Assembly (NCBI GenBank): GCA_035283225.1
Contig: DATEUG010000011.1
Coordinates: forward strand, 1 to 54,743
Direction of reading: 5' to 3'
Source: Patescibacteria group bacterium
GTDB lineage: Bacteria; Patescibacteriota; Microgenomatia; UBA1400; CG1-02-47-37
Length of the DNA: 54,743 nt
This document shows positions 17,491 to 26,302 of the stretch, piece after piece (within the stretch, counting starts at the first letter, position 1; each line of letters begins with the position of its first letter). The translations under genes and the position numbers were made by a program. Below the pieces are notes generated by a model that did no database searches, was not told the origin of the DNA, and saw only the letters and a program-made list of their open reading frames with translations.

Positions 17491-19827
17491 TTTCAAGACT
17501 TCGTCTAAGTGGGAAACAAACTTAAAGTTGATATCTTTTTTGACCCGGGCGGGCACATCACGCATGTCTTTGAAGTTGTTTTTGGGGACAATTACCGTTT
17601 TAATGCCGGCCCTATGAGCGGCAATTACTTTTTCCTTTAAGCCCCCAATTTCCAAAACCCGGCCCCGTAAGGTTATCTCGCCGGTCATAGCCACATCTTT
17701 TTTCACCTTTTTTCCGGTTAGCGCCGAAATCACCGCGGTCGCCATGGTGATGCCGGCCGAGGGACCGTCTTTAGGCACCGCCCCTTCGGGGACGTGGACA
17801 TGAAGGTCAATTGACTGATAAAAATCGCGCTTTAACTTTAACCCCTGCCAGCGGGACCGGGCATAAGAAATTGCCGCCTGGGCTGACTCTTTCATCACCT
17901 CACCTAGTTGGCCGGTCAAAATGATTCTGCCTTTGCCGGGAATGACGGCCGCTTCAATGAATAAAACATCGCCGCCGGACTGAGTCCAGGCCAAACCGGT
18001 GGCCATGCCGGCTTCGTCGCGTTTTTCTTTTAGAGGCGGCAAGAATTTTTCCGCTCCCAAGTAATCATCAAGCTTTTGGGGTGTAACCGTAAACTTACCC
18101 TTTTTGCCGGCGGCAATCGCTTTAGCTAGTTTACGCATCACTTTGCTGATTTCCCGCTCTAAACTTCGGACTCCTGCCTCTCTGGTGTAAGCATCAATAA
18201 TCTTTCTGATTGTGTTTAAAGGCAGGCTGACTTTTTTGCCAGACAAGCCATTGGCTTCTACTGTCTTAGAAATCAAATACTTCTTGGCGATTATCTCTTT
18301 TTCGTCAGCGGTGTAGCCGGCAAACCTAATGATCTCCAAGCGGTCTCTTAAAGCCGGCGGGATGGTATCCAAAACGTTGGCGGTGGTGACAAACATCACT
18401 TTGGATAAATCAAAGGGGACTTCTAAATAGTGATCAGAAAATTCATGGTTTTGTTCTGGGTCTAGGGCCTCCAGTAATGCCGCCGATGGGTCGCCGCGGA
18501 AATCAATCCCGATTTTATCGATTTCATCCAGCATAAACACCGGGTTATTTGTTCCGGCAGTGTTAATCCCCTGAATGATGCGTCCGGGCATGGCCCCGAC
18601 ATAAGTCCGCCTATGCCCCCTAATCTCGGCTTCATCCCTAATCCCGCCCAGAGAAATTTTGACAAATTTTCGCTTTAAGGCCCGGGCGATTGACCGGCCG
18701 ATTGAAGTCTTACCTACCCCCGGCGGGCCGACAAAACATAAAATCGTCGGGCCGGAGCGTGAAGCTTTATTTTTAAGCTTACTTTTTAACTGCATCACCG
18801 CCAAATACTCCAAAATTCTTTCCTTCACTTCTTTTAAGCCGTAGTGGTCCGCTTCTAAAATATTTTCGGCTGATTTAATGGTGATGTCGTTAGCACTAGC
18901 TACCGACCAAGGCAAATCGCACAGCCACTCTAAGTAGGTCCGGATATAACCTGATTCGGGATTAAAGTTAGTCATCGCTTCCAGGCGGTTTAATTCTTTC
19001 AAGGCTTTGGCTTCGACATCTTCAGGCATGGCTGCCTTGGTAATTTTTTCTTTCAATTCTTTAATGTCTTTGTTTTCATCTTCTTCACCCAATTCTTTTT
19101 GAATGGTCTTTAAGCGTTCTCTGAGCACCGTTTCCCGCATCGATTTATCAAATTTCTTCTGGGTTTTAGCAGCAATATTTTTCTCAATCTCCAAAATCTT
19201 TAATTCGGAAGAGAGGTAGTCAGAAACCGATTCCAGGCGTTTTTTGACATCCAAAACTTCTAAAAGATCCTGCTTTTGAGGCGTGGTAACATCCAAGTTA
19301 GTCGCCACTTGGTCGGCCAGTTCCGATGAAGAAACTCCGCCCATCACCCGCATAAACATCATAAAGTCGACCGACTTGCCGATATTGACCGCTTTTTTAA
19401 AGCTGTGTAAAACGTGTTTTTCCAGAGCCGACATTTCATCCGACTCTTCGATAGTTTCGGCTAACTCCTCAACTTTAGCCACCAAAAATGGCTCTTTGGC
19501 TTCAAGTGAGCGAATCTTTACCCGGCTCATCCCCCGCACCAAAGCATTAATCTCGCCGTCGGTTTTCAGAATCCGCTCAATGGTACAAAGCGTCCCCACG
19601 GTATAAATGTCGTCAAAACCAGGCTCACTAATGCGGGGATTTTTTTGGGTGACAAACACCACCAGGCGGTCAGACCGGAAGGCGGCTTCGATACCGGCGT
19701 TTGATTTTGGCCGGCCAAAAGTTAACACCGCTTCAGCGTGAGGAAAAACCACACCTTCGCGTAAAGGTACTAAAGGTAAAGTTCTTAAGGGTTTTGATTT
19801 TTGCGTTGGTCCTAAAAGTATGGCCAT
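17473..19827 (-). CDS. lon: ATP-dependent Lon protease (LonA)
   Basis: LON N-domain, Walker [10 protein letters not shown], Walker B FMLDEIDK, and S16 catalytic [14 protein letters not shown]. Confidence 0.95.
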   Translation of the reverse strand: MAILLGPTQKSKPLRTLPLVPLREGVVFPHAEAVLTFGRPKSNAGIEAAFRSDRLVVFVTQKNPRISEPGFDDIYTVGTLCTIERILKTDGEINALVRGMSRVKIRSLEAKEPFLVAKVEELAETIEESDEMSALEKHVLHSFKKAVNIGKSVDFMMFMRVMGGVSSSELADQVATNLDVTTPQKQDLLEVLDVKKRLESVSDYLSSELKILEIEKNIAAKTQKKFDKSMRETVLRERLKTIQKELGEEDENKDIKELKEKITKAAMPEDVEAKALKELNRLEAMTNFNPESGYIRTYLEWLCDLPWSVASANDITIKSAENILEADHYGLKEVKERILEYLAVMQLKSKLKNKASRSGPTILCFVGPPGVGKTSIGRSIARALKRKFVKISLGGIRDEAEIRGHRRTYVGAMPGRIIQGINTAGTNNPVFMLDEIDKIGIDFRGDPSAALLEALDPEQNHEFSDHYLEVPFDLSKVMFVTTANVLDTIPPALRDRLEIIRFAGYTADEKEIIAKKYLISKTVEANGLSGKKVSLPLNTIRKIIDAYTREAGVRSLEREISKVMRKLAKAIAAGKKGKFTVTPQKLDDYLGAEKFLPPLKEKRDEAGMATGLAWTQSGGDVLFIEAAVIPGKGRIILTGQLGEVMKESAQAAISYARSRWQGLKLKRDFYQSIDLHVHVPEGAVPKDGPSAGITMATAVISALTGKKVKKDVAMTGEITLRGRVLEIGGLKEKVIAAHRAGIKTVIVPKNNFKDMRDVPARVKKDINFKFVSHLDEVLKLAFVR

Positions 19828-19835
19828 GTTTTAGC

Positions 19836-19863
19836 AGTATAAACTAATGAGTGCTAATGTCAA
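19836..19863 (-). promoter_or_regulatory. Near-consensus sigma70-type promoter of lon (leaderless configuration)
   Basis: On the minus strand: TTGACA (19863-19858), a 16-nt spacer, TATACT (19841-19836), then 8 nt to ATG 19827. No SD. Confidence 0.6.
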
Positions 19864-20305
19864 TCCCTCGACTTCGCTCGGGACTATAGTTCTTCTTTAT
19901 CTTTCTCAGGTTGCCGCGCAAAACAATCGGCCTCACCCCGATGATTTCTTCGGTATAAAGCATGTTTTTAGGAATGTCATTTAGAATGTAAATCGGTTTT
20001 TTTAAGTAGTAGGCAAAACCCATTTCCATTAAGGTGTTGCCGCCGATGTAATTTTTTACCGCCAGTTTAGTCGGATTGACTACTAGTATCGCGTCAGCCT
20101 TTTTGATTGCCTCAAAATGCATAGTGATGGCAGCTGATTTAAACTGGCGTTTATGCCAGCCTAAGCGTTTCAAGTCCCACTCCCCTGATTTAATTTTTTT
20201 CGTTCCGATCGGCAACAAGACTTTAAAACCTAAAGCTATCAGTTCCCGTTCAACCTGTAAAATCTGGTAATGGGCATGAAGCGAGGCACAAACAGCAATG
20301 GTCAT
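19844..20305 (-). CDS. Nucleoside 2-deoxyribosyltransferase-like fold protein (tentative)
   Basis: The pattern IAVCAS...ADAILVVN...YIGGNTLMEMGFAYYLKKPIYIL resembles Nuc_deoxyrib_tr-like proteins. The C-terminal 10 codons are contributed by a dispersed repeat. Confidence 0.4.
   Translation of the reverse strand: MTIAVCASLHAHYQILQVERELIALGFKVLLPIGTKKIKSGEWDLKRLGWHKRQFKSAAITMHFEAIKKADAILVVNPTKLAVKNYIGGNTLMEMGFAYYLKKPIYILNDIPKNMLYTEEIIGVRPIVLRGNLRKIKKNYSPERSRGIDISTH
19864..19886 (+). repeat. Family-B dispersed motif copy forming the 3' end of CDS 19844-20305 and abutting the lon -35 box
   Basis: TCCCTCGACTTCGCTCGGGACTA is identical over 23 nt to 13385-13407. Read on the minus strand it encodes SPERSRGI. 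Confidence 0.7.
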
Positions 20306-20751
20306 TTTCTCATTTTACTATCAATAATAATTGTGGTTGGCCCATCGTTAGTTAAATCTACCTGCATGTAGTCGCCAAAGTTGCCGGTTTTAACCGTAAG
20401 ATTGGCCGCCCTAAGGCCAGCGACAAACTGATGGTAATATTTTTCAGCAACAGCCGGCTCGGCCGCCTTGATAAAACTGGGTCGATTGCCGCCGGAGACG
20501 TCACCGGCTAAAGTAAATTGAGACACTACCAAAACAGAGCCGCCTGAGGCGGCCAGGTCCAGATTCATTTTCCCCGCTTCGTCAGACATAATTCTTAGTT
20601 TTGTAATTTTTTTAACCAGATAGTCAAGGTCGGTGTCATGATCACCGGTAATTACACCCAGTAAGATTAAAAACCCTTTGCCGATTTTGGCGATTTGGTT
20701 ATCTTTAACCGTTACCCGGGCAGTTGCCACCCGCTGGATTAAAGCAATCAT
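20302..20751 (-). CDS. dtd: D-aminoacyl-tRNA deacylase
   Basis: MIALIQRV start, GFLILLGV, SQFTLAGD...GNRPSF and NDGPTT motifs. Confidence 0.9.
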   Translation of the reverse strand: MIALIQRVATARVTVKDNQIAKIGKGFLILLGVITGDHDTDLDYLVKKITKLRIMSDEAGKMNLDLAASGGSVLVVSQFTLAGDVSGGNRPSFIKAAEPAVAEKYYHQFVAGLRAANLTVKTGNFGDYMQVDLTNDGPTTIIIDSKMRK

Positions 20752-21392
20752 TTAAAGCCTGAAGCTAGTTCTCTTAAAGCCGCTTCCTGATCGGCTGCTT
20801 TGACTACGGCTGAGGCCAAAATCACTCCCACTCCTCCCAAACTTAAAGTTTTTTTGACGTTGTCGCCGGTTCGAATACCCGCCCCAACAATTACCGGCAC
20901 AGGAGATAGATCAATTACCTGTTTAATGTGATCGGCTTCAACGTCAACCATGGCCACTTTTCCGCCGATTAAATCGGGCCGCTCAAAAGCTAAATAATCC
21001 GGCTGTAACTCAATTACCTGTTTAACCAAATCAATCGTGTCGGCAATTACTAGTGTTTTTAAACCGTATTGACGGCATTTATTAATTGTGGTGTCAATCG
21101 TTCCCAGCGGGACTGTATGTTCGGCGTGATTAATCACTGCCCCAACCGCGCCGACTTGCCTGGCTGAATAAGGCGACAGCCAGCCGGAGTGACGATCCGG
21201 ATCGATCGGGTCAAGGTGCTGGGCCCAAATAGGCAGTTTAACTGCTTGGACCAATCGGTAAATATCGAAAGCTTGGGCGCAGAGCCAAATAGGAACGCCT
21301 GTGTCTTGATTCACCTTTTCGGCAATTCTAGCCAGCTTAATGACCTCGTCGCCACTTGATTCCTTGTAAGTTTTTAAACTCAAAACAATCAT
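20748..21392 (-). CDS. tpiA: Triosephosphate isomerase, short archaeal type
   Basis: 214 aa. The segments WAQHLDPIDPDRHSGW, GAVGAVINHAEH, DYLAFERPDLIG and VGAGIRTGDNVKK...GVGVILASAVVKA match archaeal (Pyrococcus-type) TIM as I recall it. Catalytic K, H and E are present. Confidence 0.85.
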   Translation of the reverse strand: MIVLSLKTYKESSGDEVIKLARIAEKVNQDTGVPIWLCAQAFDIYRLVQAVKLPIWAQHLDPIDPDRHSGWLSPYSARQVGAVGAVINHAEHTVPLGTIDTTINKCRQYGLKTLVIADTIDLVKQVIELQPDYLAFERPDLIGGKVAMVDVEADHIKQVIDLSPVPVIVGAGIRTGDNVKKTLSLGGVGVILASAVVKAADQEAALRELASGFK

Positions 21393-21430
21393 TGTTGACT
21401 ATTATAACTAAAAACTGCTACTATTTTTGT
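21393..21430. promoter_or_regulatory. 38-nt bidirectional promoter region
   Basis: Plus strand: TTGACT (21395-21400), 18 nt, TACTAT (21419-21424), 6 nt, ATG 21431. Minus strand: TATAAT (21406-21401), 8 nt, tpiA ATG 21392. Confidence 0.6.
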
Positions 21431-21982
21431 ATGAAAAAGGTCCTCCTGGCTGTCAGCTTACTTTTGATTACCAGCCTCCCGGTTTACGCCCAAGACGCCG
21501 GCTTAAGACCCTCGCCTTCGCCAAGGGTAAAACCAAGTGCTGCCCTGCAGGTTAGAACAGCCCAAATCACCGATCAAACCAAAGAGGTGGTGATGGAACG
21601 AATCAACGCCCAAATGAATAAAGTCAATGAAAAAATGACGGCGATGTGGCAAAGACTGATTGACCGGATGCAGATTTTAGTTGAGAAACTCCAAACCAGA
21701 ATCAATGAATTAGCCACAGCCGGAAAAGATGTTGCCGCCGCCCAAACTGCCCTTAACGAAGCCAGCGACGCTTTAACCGCTGCTGAAGACGCTGTTGTCG
21801 CCCAGGCAGACAAAGAATACGTGATTGAATTTACTGATGAAAACGGTTTAAGGGTCGGAGCGACCACGGCCAAAACCACTTTGAGGACCGACTTGAAAGC
21901 GGTCCAGGATTTGATCAAAGAAGCCCGCATCCAGCTTCATGAAGCCTTGCTGGCAGTCAAGGAGGTGGCCGGTGAAGAATAA
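21431..21982 (+). CDS. Secreted alpha-helical/coiled-coil hypothetical protein
   Basis: Signal peptide MKKVLLAVSLLLITSLPVYAQ, followed by Ala/Gln/Glu-rich helical sequence. Confidence 0.5.
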   Translation: MKKVLLAVSLLLITSLPVYAQDAGLRPSPSPRVKPSAALQVRTAQITDQTKEVVMERINAQMNKVNEKMTAMWQRLIDRMQILVEKLQTRINELATAGKDVAAAQTALNEASDALTAAEDAVVAQADKEYVIEFTDENGLRVGATTAKTTLRTDLKAVQDLIKEARIQLHEALLAVKEVAGEE

Positions 21983-22208
21983 GTTGGGTTTAACTTTAAT
22001 CGGCGCTTTAACTTTGGTGCTGGCCGGCTGCAACTTGTTGCCATTAACCCAGGAAAACAAAACCACCGGCGAAACCGATGTCACTATGGAAAAACCGCTT
22101 TCTGACGAAACTGATCTTGATACGGTTGAGGAAGAACTCAATGAAACCCAAGTCCAGGATTACACACCCGAGCTAAACACCCTGGATCAGGAAATCAATA
22201 AACTTTGA
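21972..22208 (+). CDS. Small putative lipoprotein
   Basis: GTG 21972 is preceded by AGGAGG (21960-21965). Lipobox LVLAGC and an acidic mature part. Confidence 0.45.
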   Translation: MKNKLGLTLIGALTLVLAGCNLLPLTQENKTTGETDVTMEKPLSDETDLDTVEEELNETQVQDYTPELNTLDQEINKL

Positions 22209-23791
22209 TAAAGCCGACCCCTCCTAAATCCCTGTTTTTTATAGTATTGCCTGGTGCCGACCGCTGAAATCACTGACAAATGTTTAAAGCCGGCTTTTTT
22301 TGCTAATTCGGCCGCAGTTTTAATTAAGGTTTTTCCCAGGCCCCGGTGCTGAGCTTTAAGGCCGCTGTCTGCCCCCAAATCTAAGGCTTTGCCGTAAACG
22401 TGGATTTCCCGAATCAGGGCCGCGCCTTTAAGTTCAGGAATAAAAGCCGGCTTTAACGGCAAACTTAACCTTAAAAAACCGGCAATCTGGTTATCCGGGG
22501 TAACAAACTGCAAAAAATTTTCTTTAGCTAAACCTGCCGCATAACTGGTAATCTTTAGTTTCAGTTTGGCCGCGTCAATCGGCTGGCCCCGGACTTCCCG
22601 GGCCCGAATCTCTTTCAATTGCTTCCCCTGTCTTCTGATTTCCTTTTCCACAATCTCCCGAAAATTAGTCAATTTGTTGCCGACAACGATATCATCTGAG
22701 GAAAAATCGCGAATCACCCGGGTCACCCGGCAATATTCGGTAACCATCGGCAAAGCAGCCACTAAGACTTTTAAAAGCTCACTGTAAGAATATGGTTTCC
22801 ATAAACCTTTTTTGTAATAATCCATTAATTCGGCTGTCTCAATTAAAGCTGTTGGGTAAACTTTCAGTTCGTCCGGCCTGATGCCTGGATCAGAAAACAA
22901 CTTAGTAAAGTCTTTAATGTCGCCCTCTGGGTCAGCCCCATAAAGGTTGGCCATCCAGTGGCCCTGGATTTTAAAACCGGCAAGTCTCAATAAGCCAATC
23001 GCTTTTTTAGTAGCACGAACCCTATGGCCCCGTTTATTTAAGTTAAGCACCCGGTTATTTAAACTTTGAATTCCTATTTGAATCTTAGTACAGCCTAATT
23101 GCCTAAAGCGCACTAACTCTGCTTCGTTCAAAAAATCAGGCCTGGTTTCTAAGGACAAGCCAACACAGCGGCTGACCGCAGTTTCGTTTTTCTTTTGAGC
23201 CGGATACAATTCCGGCCAATCGGCTGAGCCGTCAATCTGCGGGGCTTTAACTTTCTTGGTTTTACCGGGTTTAAAATCGTTTAAAGCGTCAAAACAGCGC
23301 TTGATAAACCAGATTTTGTAATGTTTTGGATATGACGACCAGGTGCCGCCCAAAACTATCAATTCAATCTTTTCAGTCGAGTGGGCATTAGCGTGGTAAG
23401 TCATTAACCGGGTGGTCACTTGGTTGTAAGGGTCAAAATTATTCAAAGCTGCTCTTTGGGCTCCCGGCTCGGCTGATAAATAGCTTTTGGGCATTTTCGG
23501 ATCATTGGGGCAAAAAATACATTTGCCAGGACAGGGATAGGGTTTGGTCAATAACGTTACCGGCACTACCCCGGACAAAGTGCGCACTGGCTTGGCCTGA
23601 AGTTTGGCGGCCGCCCCTTCGCCGTAAAAATGCCTTAAGCCGGCAATTATTTCTGACCGGGTAAACAGCGACCCTTTGGTTTTAGGATGACGCCTCAAAA
23701 CCTGGTCATAGGTTTGACCGGCTACCAGCTCTTTTAAAAGCGGCTTGAGTTTCTTTTGGTGAGACTTAAGATTAAAATCAAATTTACCCAT
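22187..23791 (-). CDS. elp3: Elp3-family radical-SAM/GNAT tRNA uridine(34) acetyltransferase
   Basis: Radical-SAM cluster region KPYPCPGKCIFCPND. The C-terminal GNAT domain has the QHRGLGKTLIKTAAELAKKAG acetyl-CoA motif. 534 aa. Confidence 0.85.
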   Translation of the reverse strand: MGKFDFNLKSHQKKLKPLLKELVAGQTYDQVLRRHPKTKGSLFTRSEIIAGLRHFYGEGAAAKLQAKPVRTLSGVVPVTLLTKPYPCPGKCIFCPNDPKMPKSYLSAEPGAQRAALNNFDPYNQVTTRLMTYHANAHSTEKIELIVLGGTWSSYPKHYKIWFIKRCFDALNDFKPGKTKKVKAPQIDGSADWPELYPAQKKNETAVSRCVGLSLETRPDFLNEAELVRFRQLGCTKIQIGIQSLNNRVLNLNKRGHRVRATKKAIGLLRLAGFKIQGHWMANLYGADPEGDIKDFTKLFSDPGIRPDELKVYPTALIETAELMDYYKKGLWKPYSYSELLKVLVAALPMVTEYCRVTRVIRDFSSDDIVVGNKLTNFREIVEKEIRRQGKQLKEIRAREVRGQPIDAAKLKLKITSYAAGLAKENFLQFVTPDNQIAGFLRLSLPLKPAFIPELKGAALIREIHVYGKALDLGADSGLKAQHRGLGKTLIKTAAELAKKAGFKHLSVISAVGTRQYYKKQGFRRGRLYQSLLIS

Positions 23792-24445
23792 ATGGATTTT
23801 GATAAATTAAATCGGGATTTCTATTTAAAAACCCAAGAGTATTTTAACAGGTCGCGCCAGCGTCCATGGCTGGGTTGGAAAAAACTGCTGCCCCATCTGC
23901 CCAATCGTGAACTTTTTGTGCTTGATCTTGGCTGCGGCAATGGCCGTTTCGGCGTCTGGCTTTCGACTCACCACTCCATCGCCTATACCGGGGTCGATTC
24001 CAACCAATATTTGCTCGATCGCGCCACCGAGGCCCTACCATCCGCCAAATTAATTAAAGCTGATATCTTGCATCCTCTCCTTGTTCGCGGCCGGTTTGAT
24101 TTAGTGGCCATTTTAGGTGTGATGCATCATTTATCGCCCGCCGCTGCCGCTGGCCTTATTCGCCGGGCCGCCGCCAAGCTTAAACCAGAAGGAATTTTAT
24201 TTTTAAGCTTCTGGGAATTTAATAAATCCTCCGAAACCAAAATCATCAAAGATTTGGGCAATAATGATTATCTGGTCGATTGGCGCTTGGGCGTCACCGC
24301 CGAGCGCTTCTGCCATTTGTACACTGATCCAGAAATCTCTTCCCTACTCGCTGCCGCCAATCTCTCTGTCCTGGCCGACTTTCGCGCCGACACTTCCAAC
24401 CGCTACCTGCTACTGCAAAAACCAAAGTCCGGCAAAAGCAGCTAA
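23792..24445 (+). CDS. Class I SAM methyltransferase, Trm9/ALKBH8-MT-like (tentative)
   Basis: YFNRSRQRPW (compare Trm9 HFSxTRYxPW), LDLGCGNGRFG, ILGVMHHLS...LIRR and LKPEGILFLSFWEF. Similarity to Trm9 motifs is judged from memory. Confidence 0.55.
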   Translation: MDFDKLNRDFYLKTQEYFNRSRQRPWLGWKKLLPHLPNRELFVLDLGCGNGRFGVWLSTHHSIAYTGVDSNQYLLDRATEALPSAKLIKADILHPLLVRGRFDLVAILGVMHHLSPAAAAGLIRRAAAKLKPEGILFLSFWEFNKSSETKIIKDLGNNDYLVDWRLGVTAERFCHLYTDPEISSLLAAANLSVLADFRADTSNRYLLLQKPKSGKSS

Positions 24446-25264
24446 AGCTCCGAGAATTTTTCTGCCTAAATGACTTCTTTCCCGTAAAAAGATTGCGGCC
24501 AGGATAACCGTGGAGATTACTGATAAATTACTAATCGGATAAAGTTGCGAGGCGTCGCCTCCGGCCCTATAGGCGGCAAAAATTGTCACTGCTCCAAATA
24601 AGTAAAAAAGAGAAAATACAGTCATGCTAAACAAGTTTTTAACTTTTAATAAGAGTTTCATTGTATAAATGGCTTTTGGTTTGATCAATAATACAAACAA
24701 GCCAGGAAGGAAAAAGCCAATAACTAAATTTTGCAATACGCCAATTTGGCCAACAATAAAAACCTCGTTAGTAAAAGCCAAACCAAATGCAGTTGAAGAA
24801 ATCAGAGTATAAAGATGACCTTTATGAAATACTAATTTTTGTTTCTTTTGGCGCCAAGTAACGATAATAACTCCTAAAATAATCAAGATCGTGCCCAAAA
24901 TTTTATTAAAGGTAATTATTTCATTTAAAAAGATTGCCGAAGCAATAATTGTCCAGAAAGTAGCCGAAGTATGCAAAATAGTATATTCAGAAGCATCTGT
25001 AAATTTGAGTGCTTTGAACATAAATAAACTGGCCGCGCCAATTAAGACACCGTTTAGTAGTAGATTTGGTAAAACCGGTAGAATATTTGGCAAGGCAACT
25101 CTAAATATTGTCATGTAAATCACAATCATGAAAGTAACTAAGAACTGAAAAACAATCATGTAGGCTGCCGGATCACTCTTGTCGCTTTTCATTAAAATTC
25201 TGTGGACAATCGTCGAAATCGAAAAAAACAAGACACTGGCCAAAATCAAAAATAACCAACTCAT
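24410..25264 (-). CDS. EamA/DMT-family membrane transporter
   Basis: 10 TM helices with two EamA-like halves. AT-rich. Confidence 0.75.
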   Translation of the reverse strand: MSWLFLILASVLFFSISTIVHRILMKSDKSDPAAYMIVFQFLVTFMIVIYMTIFRVALPNILPVLPNLLLNGVLIGAASLFMFKALKFTDASEYTILHTSATFWTIIASAIFLNEIITFNKILGTILIILGVIIVTWRQKKQKLVFHKGHLYTLISSTAFGLAFTNEVFIVGQIGVLQNLVIGFFLPGLFVLLIKPKAIYTMKLLLKVKNLFSMTVFSLFYLFGAVTIFAAYRAGGDASQLYPISNLSVISTVILAAIFLRERSHLGRKILGALAAFAGLWFLQ

Positions 25265-25280
25265 AAGTTTCCAGTCATAT

Positions 25281-25529
25281 CTATTTATACACTCTCTGAC
25301 GGTGCTGGATTTTATGAATTATTATTAGCTGTTGTTTAAGATTAATTTCGTAAATAACTCTATAAGGCCAAACTTTAAGAGAAGATAGGCCTTTAAATTC
25401 TCCTTTTAAGACTTTCCCTGCCTGAGGATTATTTTTTAGGAAGAAAAGTTTGATGGCAATTTTTTTCTGCTTTGACAGAGGGAGCTTTTTTAACGATTTA
25501 ATCGAATCTCTCGAATAAACCAGCTTCAT
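25281..25529 (-). CDS. Type II toxin, RelE/ParE family
   Basis: 82 aa. The pattern SIKSLKKLP...KI..KL..L..NP..GK.LKGEFKGLSSLKVWPYRVIYEI....LIIIHKIQHRQRVY is typical of RelE/ParE. It lies 3 nt downstream of the antitoxin gene. Confidence 0.8.
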   Translation of the reverse strand: MKLVYSRDSIKSLKKLPLSKQKKIAIKLFFLKNNPQAGKVLKGEFKGLSSLKVWPYRVIYEINLKQQLIIIHKIQHRQRVYK

Positions 25530-25532
25530 TTA

Positions 25533-25829
25533 TTAATCTAAATCTTTAGGATTAATCCCTAACTCTTTGAGCAATTTTTCTTCAGTAATAAATTTACCCC
25601 TTTTAACTTCTGACTGGCTTTTACGGATATCTTTCACCAATTTTTCATCAGCCATTATTTCCAGGGTTTCCCGCCAAGACTCCAGCTCGTCCGGGCTGAT
25701 CAATATCGCCTTAACCTTGCCACGCAGGGTAATAGTAAAGGTTTTTAGTTTAGTGTTAACCTCGTCCAGCATGGTGTAAAAATTATTTCTAGCTTCGCTG
25801 GCGGGTAAAACGTTTGAGATAGAGGCCAT
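25533..25829 (-). CDS. Type II antitoxin, Phd/YefM family
   Basis: LPASEARNNFYTMLDEV...ITLRGKVKAILISPDELESWRETLEIM is a Phd/YefM signature. Start set at ATG 25829 (MASISNV) because a -10 box sits 8 nt upstream. Confidence 0.8.
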   Translation of the reverse strand: MASISNVLPASEARNNFYTMLDEVNTKLKTFTITLRGKVKAILISPDELESWRETLEIMADEKLVKDIRKSQSEVKRGKFITEEKLLKELGINPKDLD

Positions 25830-25856
25830 ATATTCGAATAGTACCATTAATGGTAC
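25830..25856 (-). promoter_or_regulatory. Toxin-antitoxin promoter with palindromic operator candidates
   Basis: A perfect 16-bp palindrome GTACCATTAATGGTAC (25841-25856) overlaps the -10 TACTAT (25843-25838, minus strand). An adjacent 10-bp palindrome TATTCGAATA lies at 25831-25840. Confidence 0.55.
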
Positions 25857-26302
25857 TACCTGTCAATACTCTCGAGATAAATATTAATATTGTCGTAGTG
25901 GTCAAAGGCAATTTCCTCGACCGGCGGCAATTTATCTAAATCAAACCATTGCATCTCGGAAGATTCATGGTCAGCTTTACCAGTTTTTTCTGTTGGTTTA
26001 GCTAGATAAACAAAAGAAACATTTTGTCTGTCTTCTTTGGGCCTGTCAGGGCTATCAACAATCCGCAGTAGTTTAATTATTTGAATTTCGTAACCAGTTT
26101 CTTCTTTGACTTCCCGCATTGCCCCCTGTTCACACGTTTCATCCCGATCAAGAAAACCGCCCGGTAAAGCCCACTTACCCGACTCTAAGAGTTTACCGGT
26201 TCTTTTAGCCAGTAAAATTTTATTGCCGTCTAATAACAACACGTCTACTACCACGTGCCTTAAAGAATCCTTGCCGTCATTTTCAAACTGACAGGTAATC
26301 AT
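25856..26302 (-). CDS. NUDIX hydrolase
   Basis: Nudix box GGFLDRDETCEQGAMREVKEETG. Confidence 0.85.
   Translation of the reverse strand: MITCQFENDGKDSLRHVVVDVLLLDGNKILLAKRTGKLLESGKWALPGGFLDRDETCEQGAMREVKEETGYEIQIIKLLRIVDSPDRPKEDRQNVSFVYLAKPTEKTGKADHESSEMQWFDLDKLPPVEEIAFDHYDNINIYLESIDR

Noticed and set aside
21574-22141. ORFs of 118 and 97 aa antisense to the secreted coiled-coil gene and the lipoprotein gene
   Set aside because: These are low-complexity translations of the opposite strand of Ala/Gln/Glu-rich sequence, with no start signals. The sense genes have signal peptides or a lipobox.
23789-23794. CATATG (NdeI site) at the junction of the elp3 and methyltransferase starts as a sign of a cloning artefact
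   Set aside because: It is a 6-mer that arises automatically from two abutting ATG codons on opposite strands. There is no vector-like sequence nearby.
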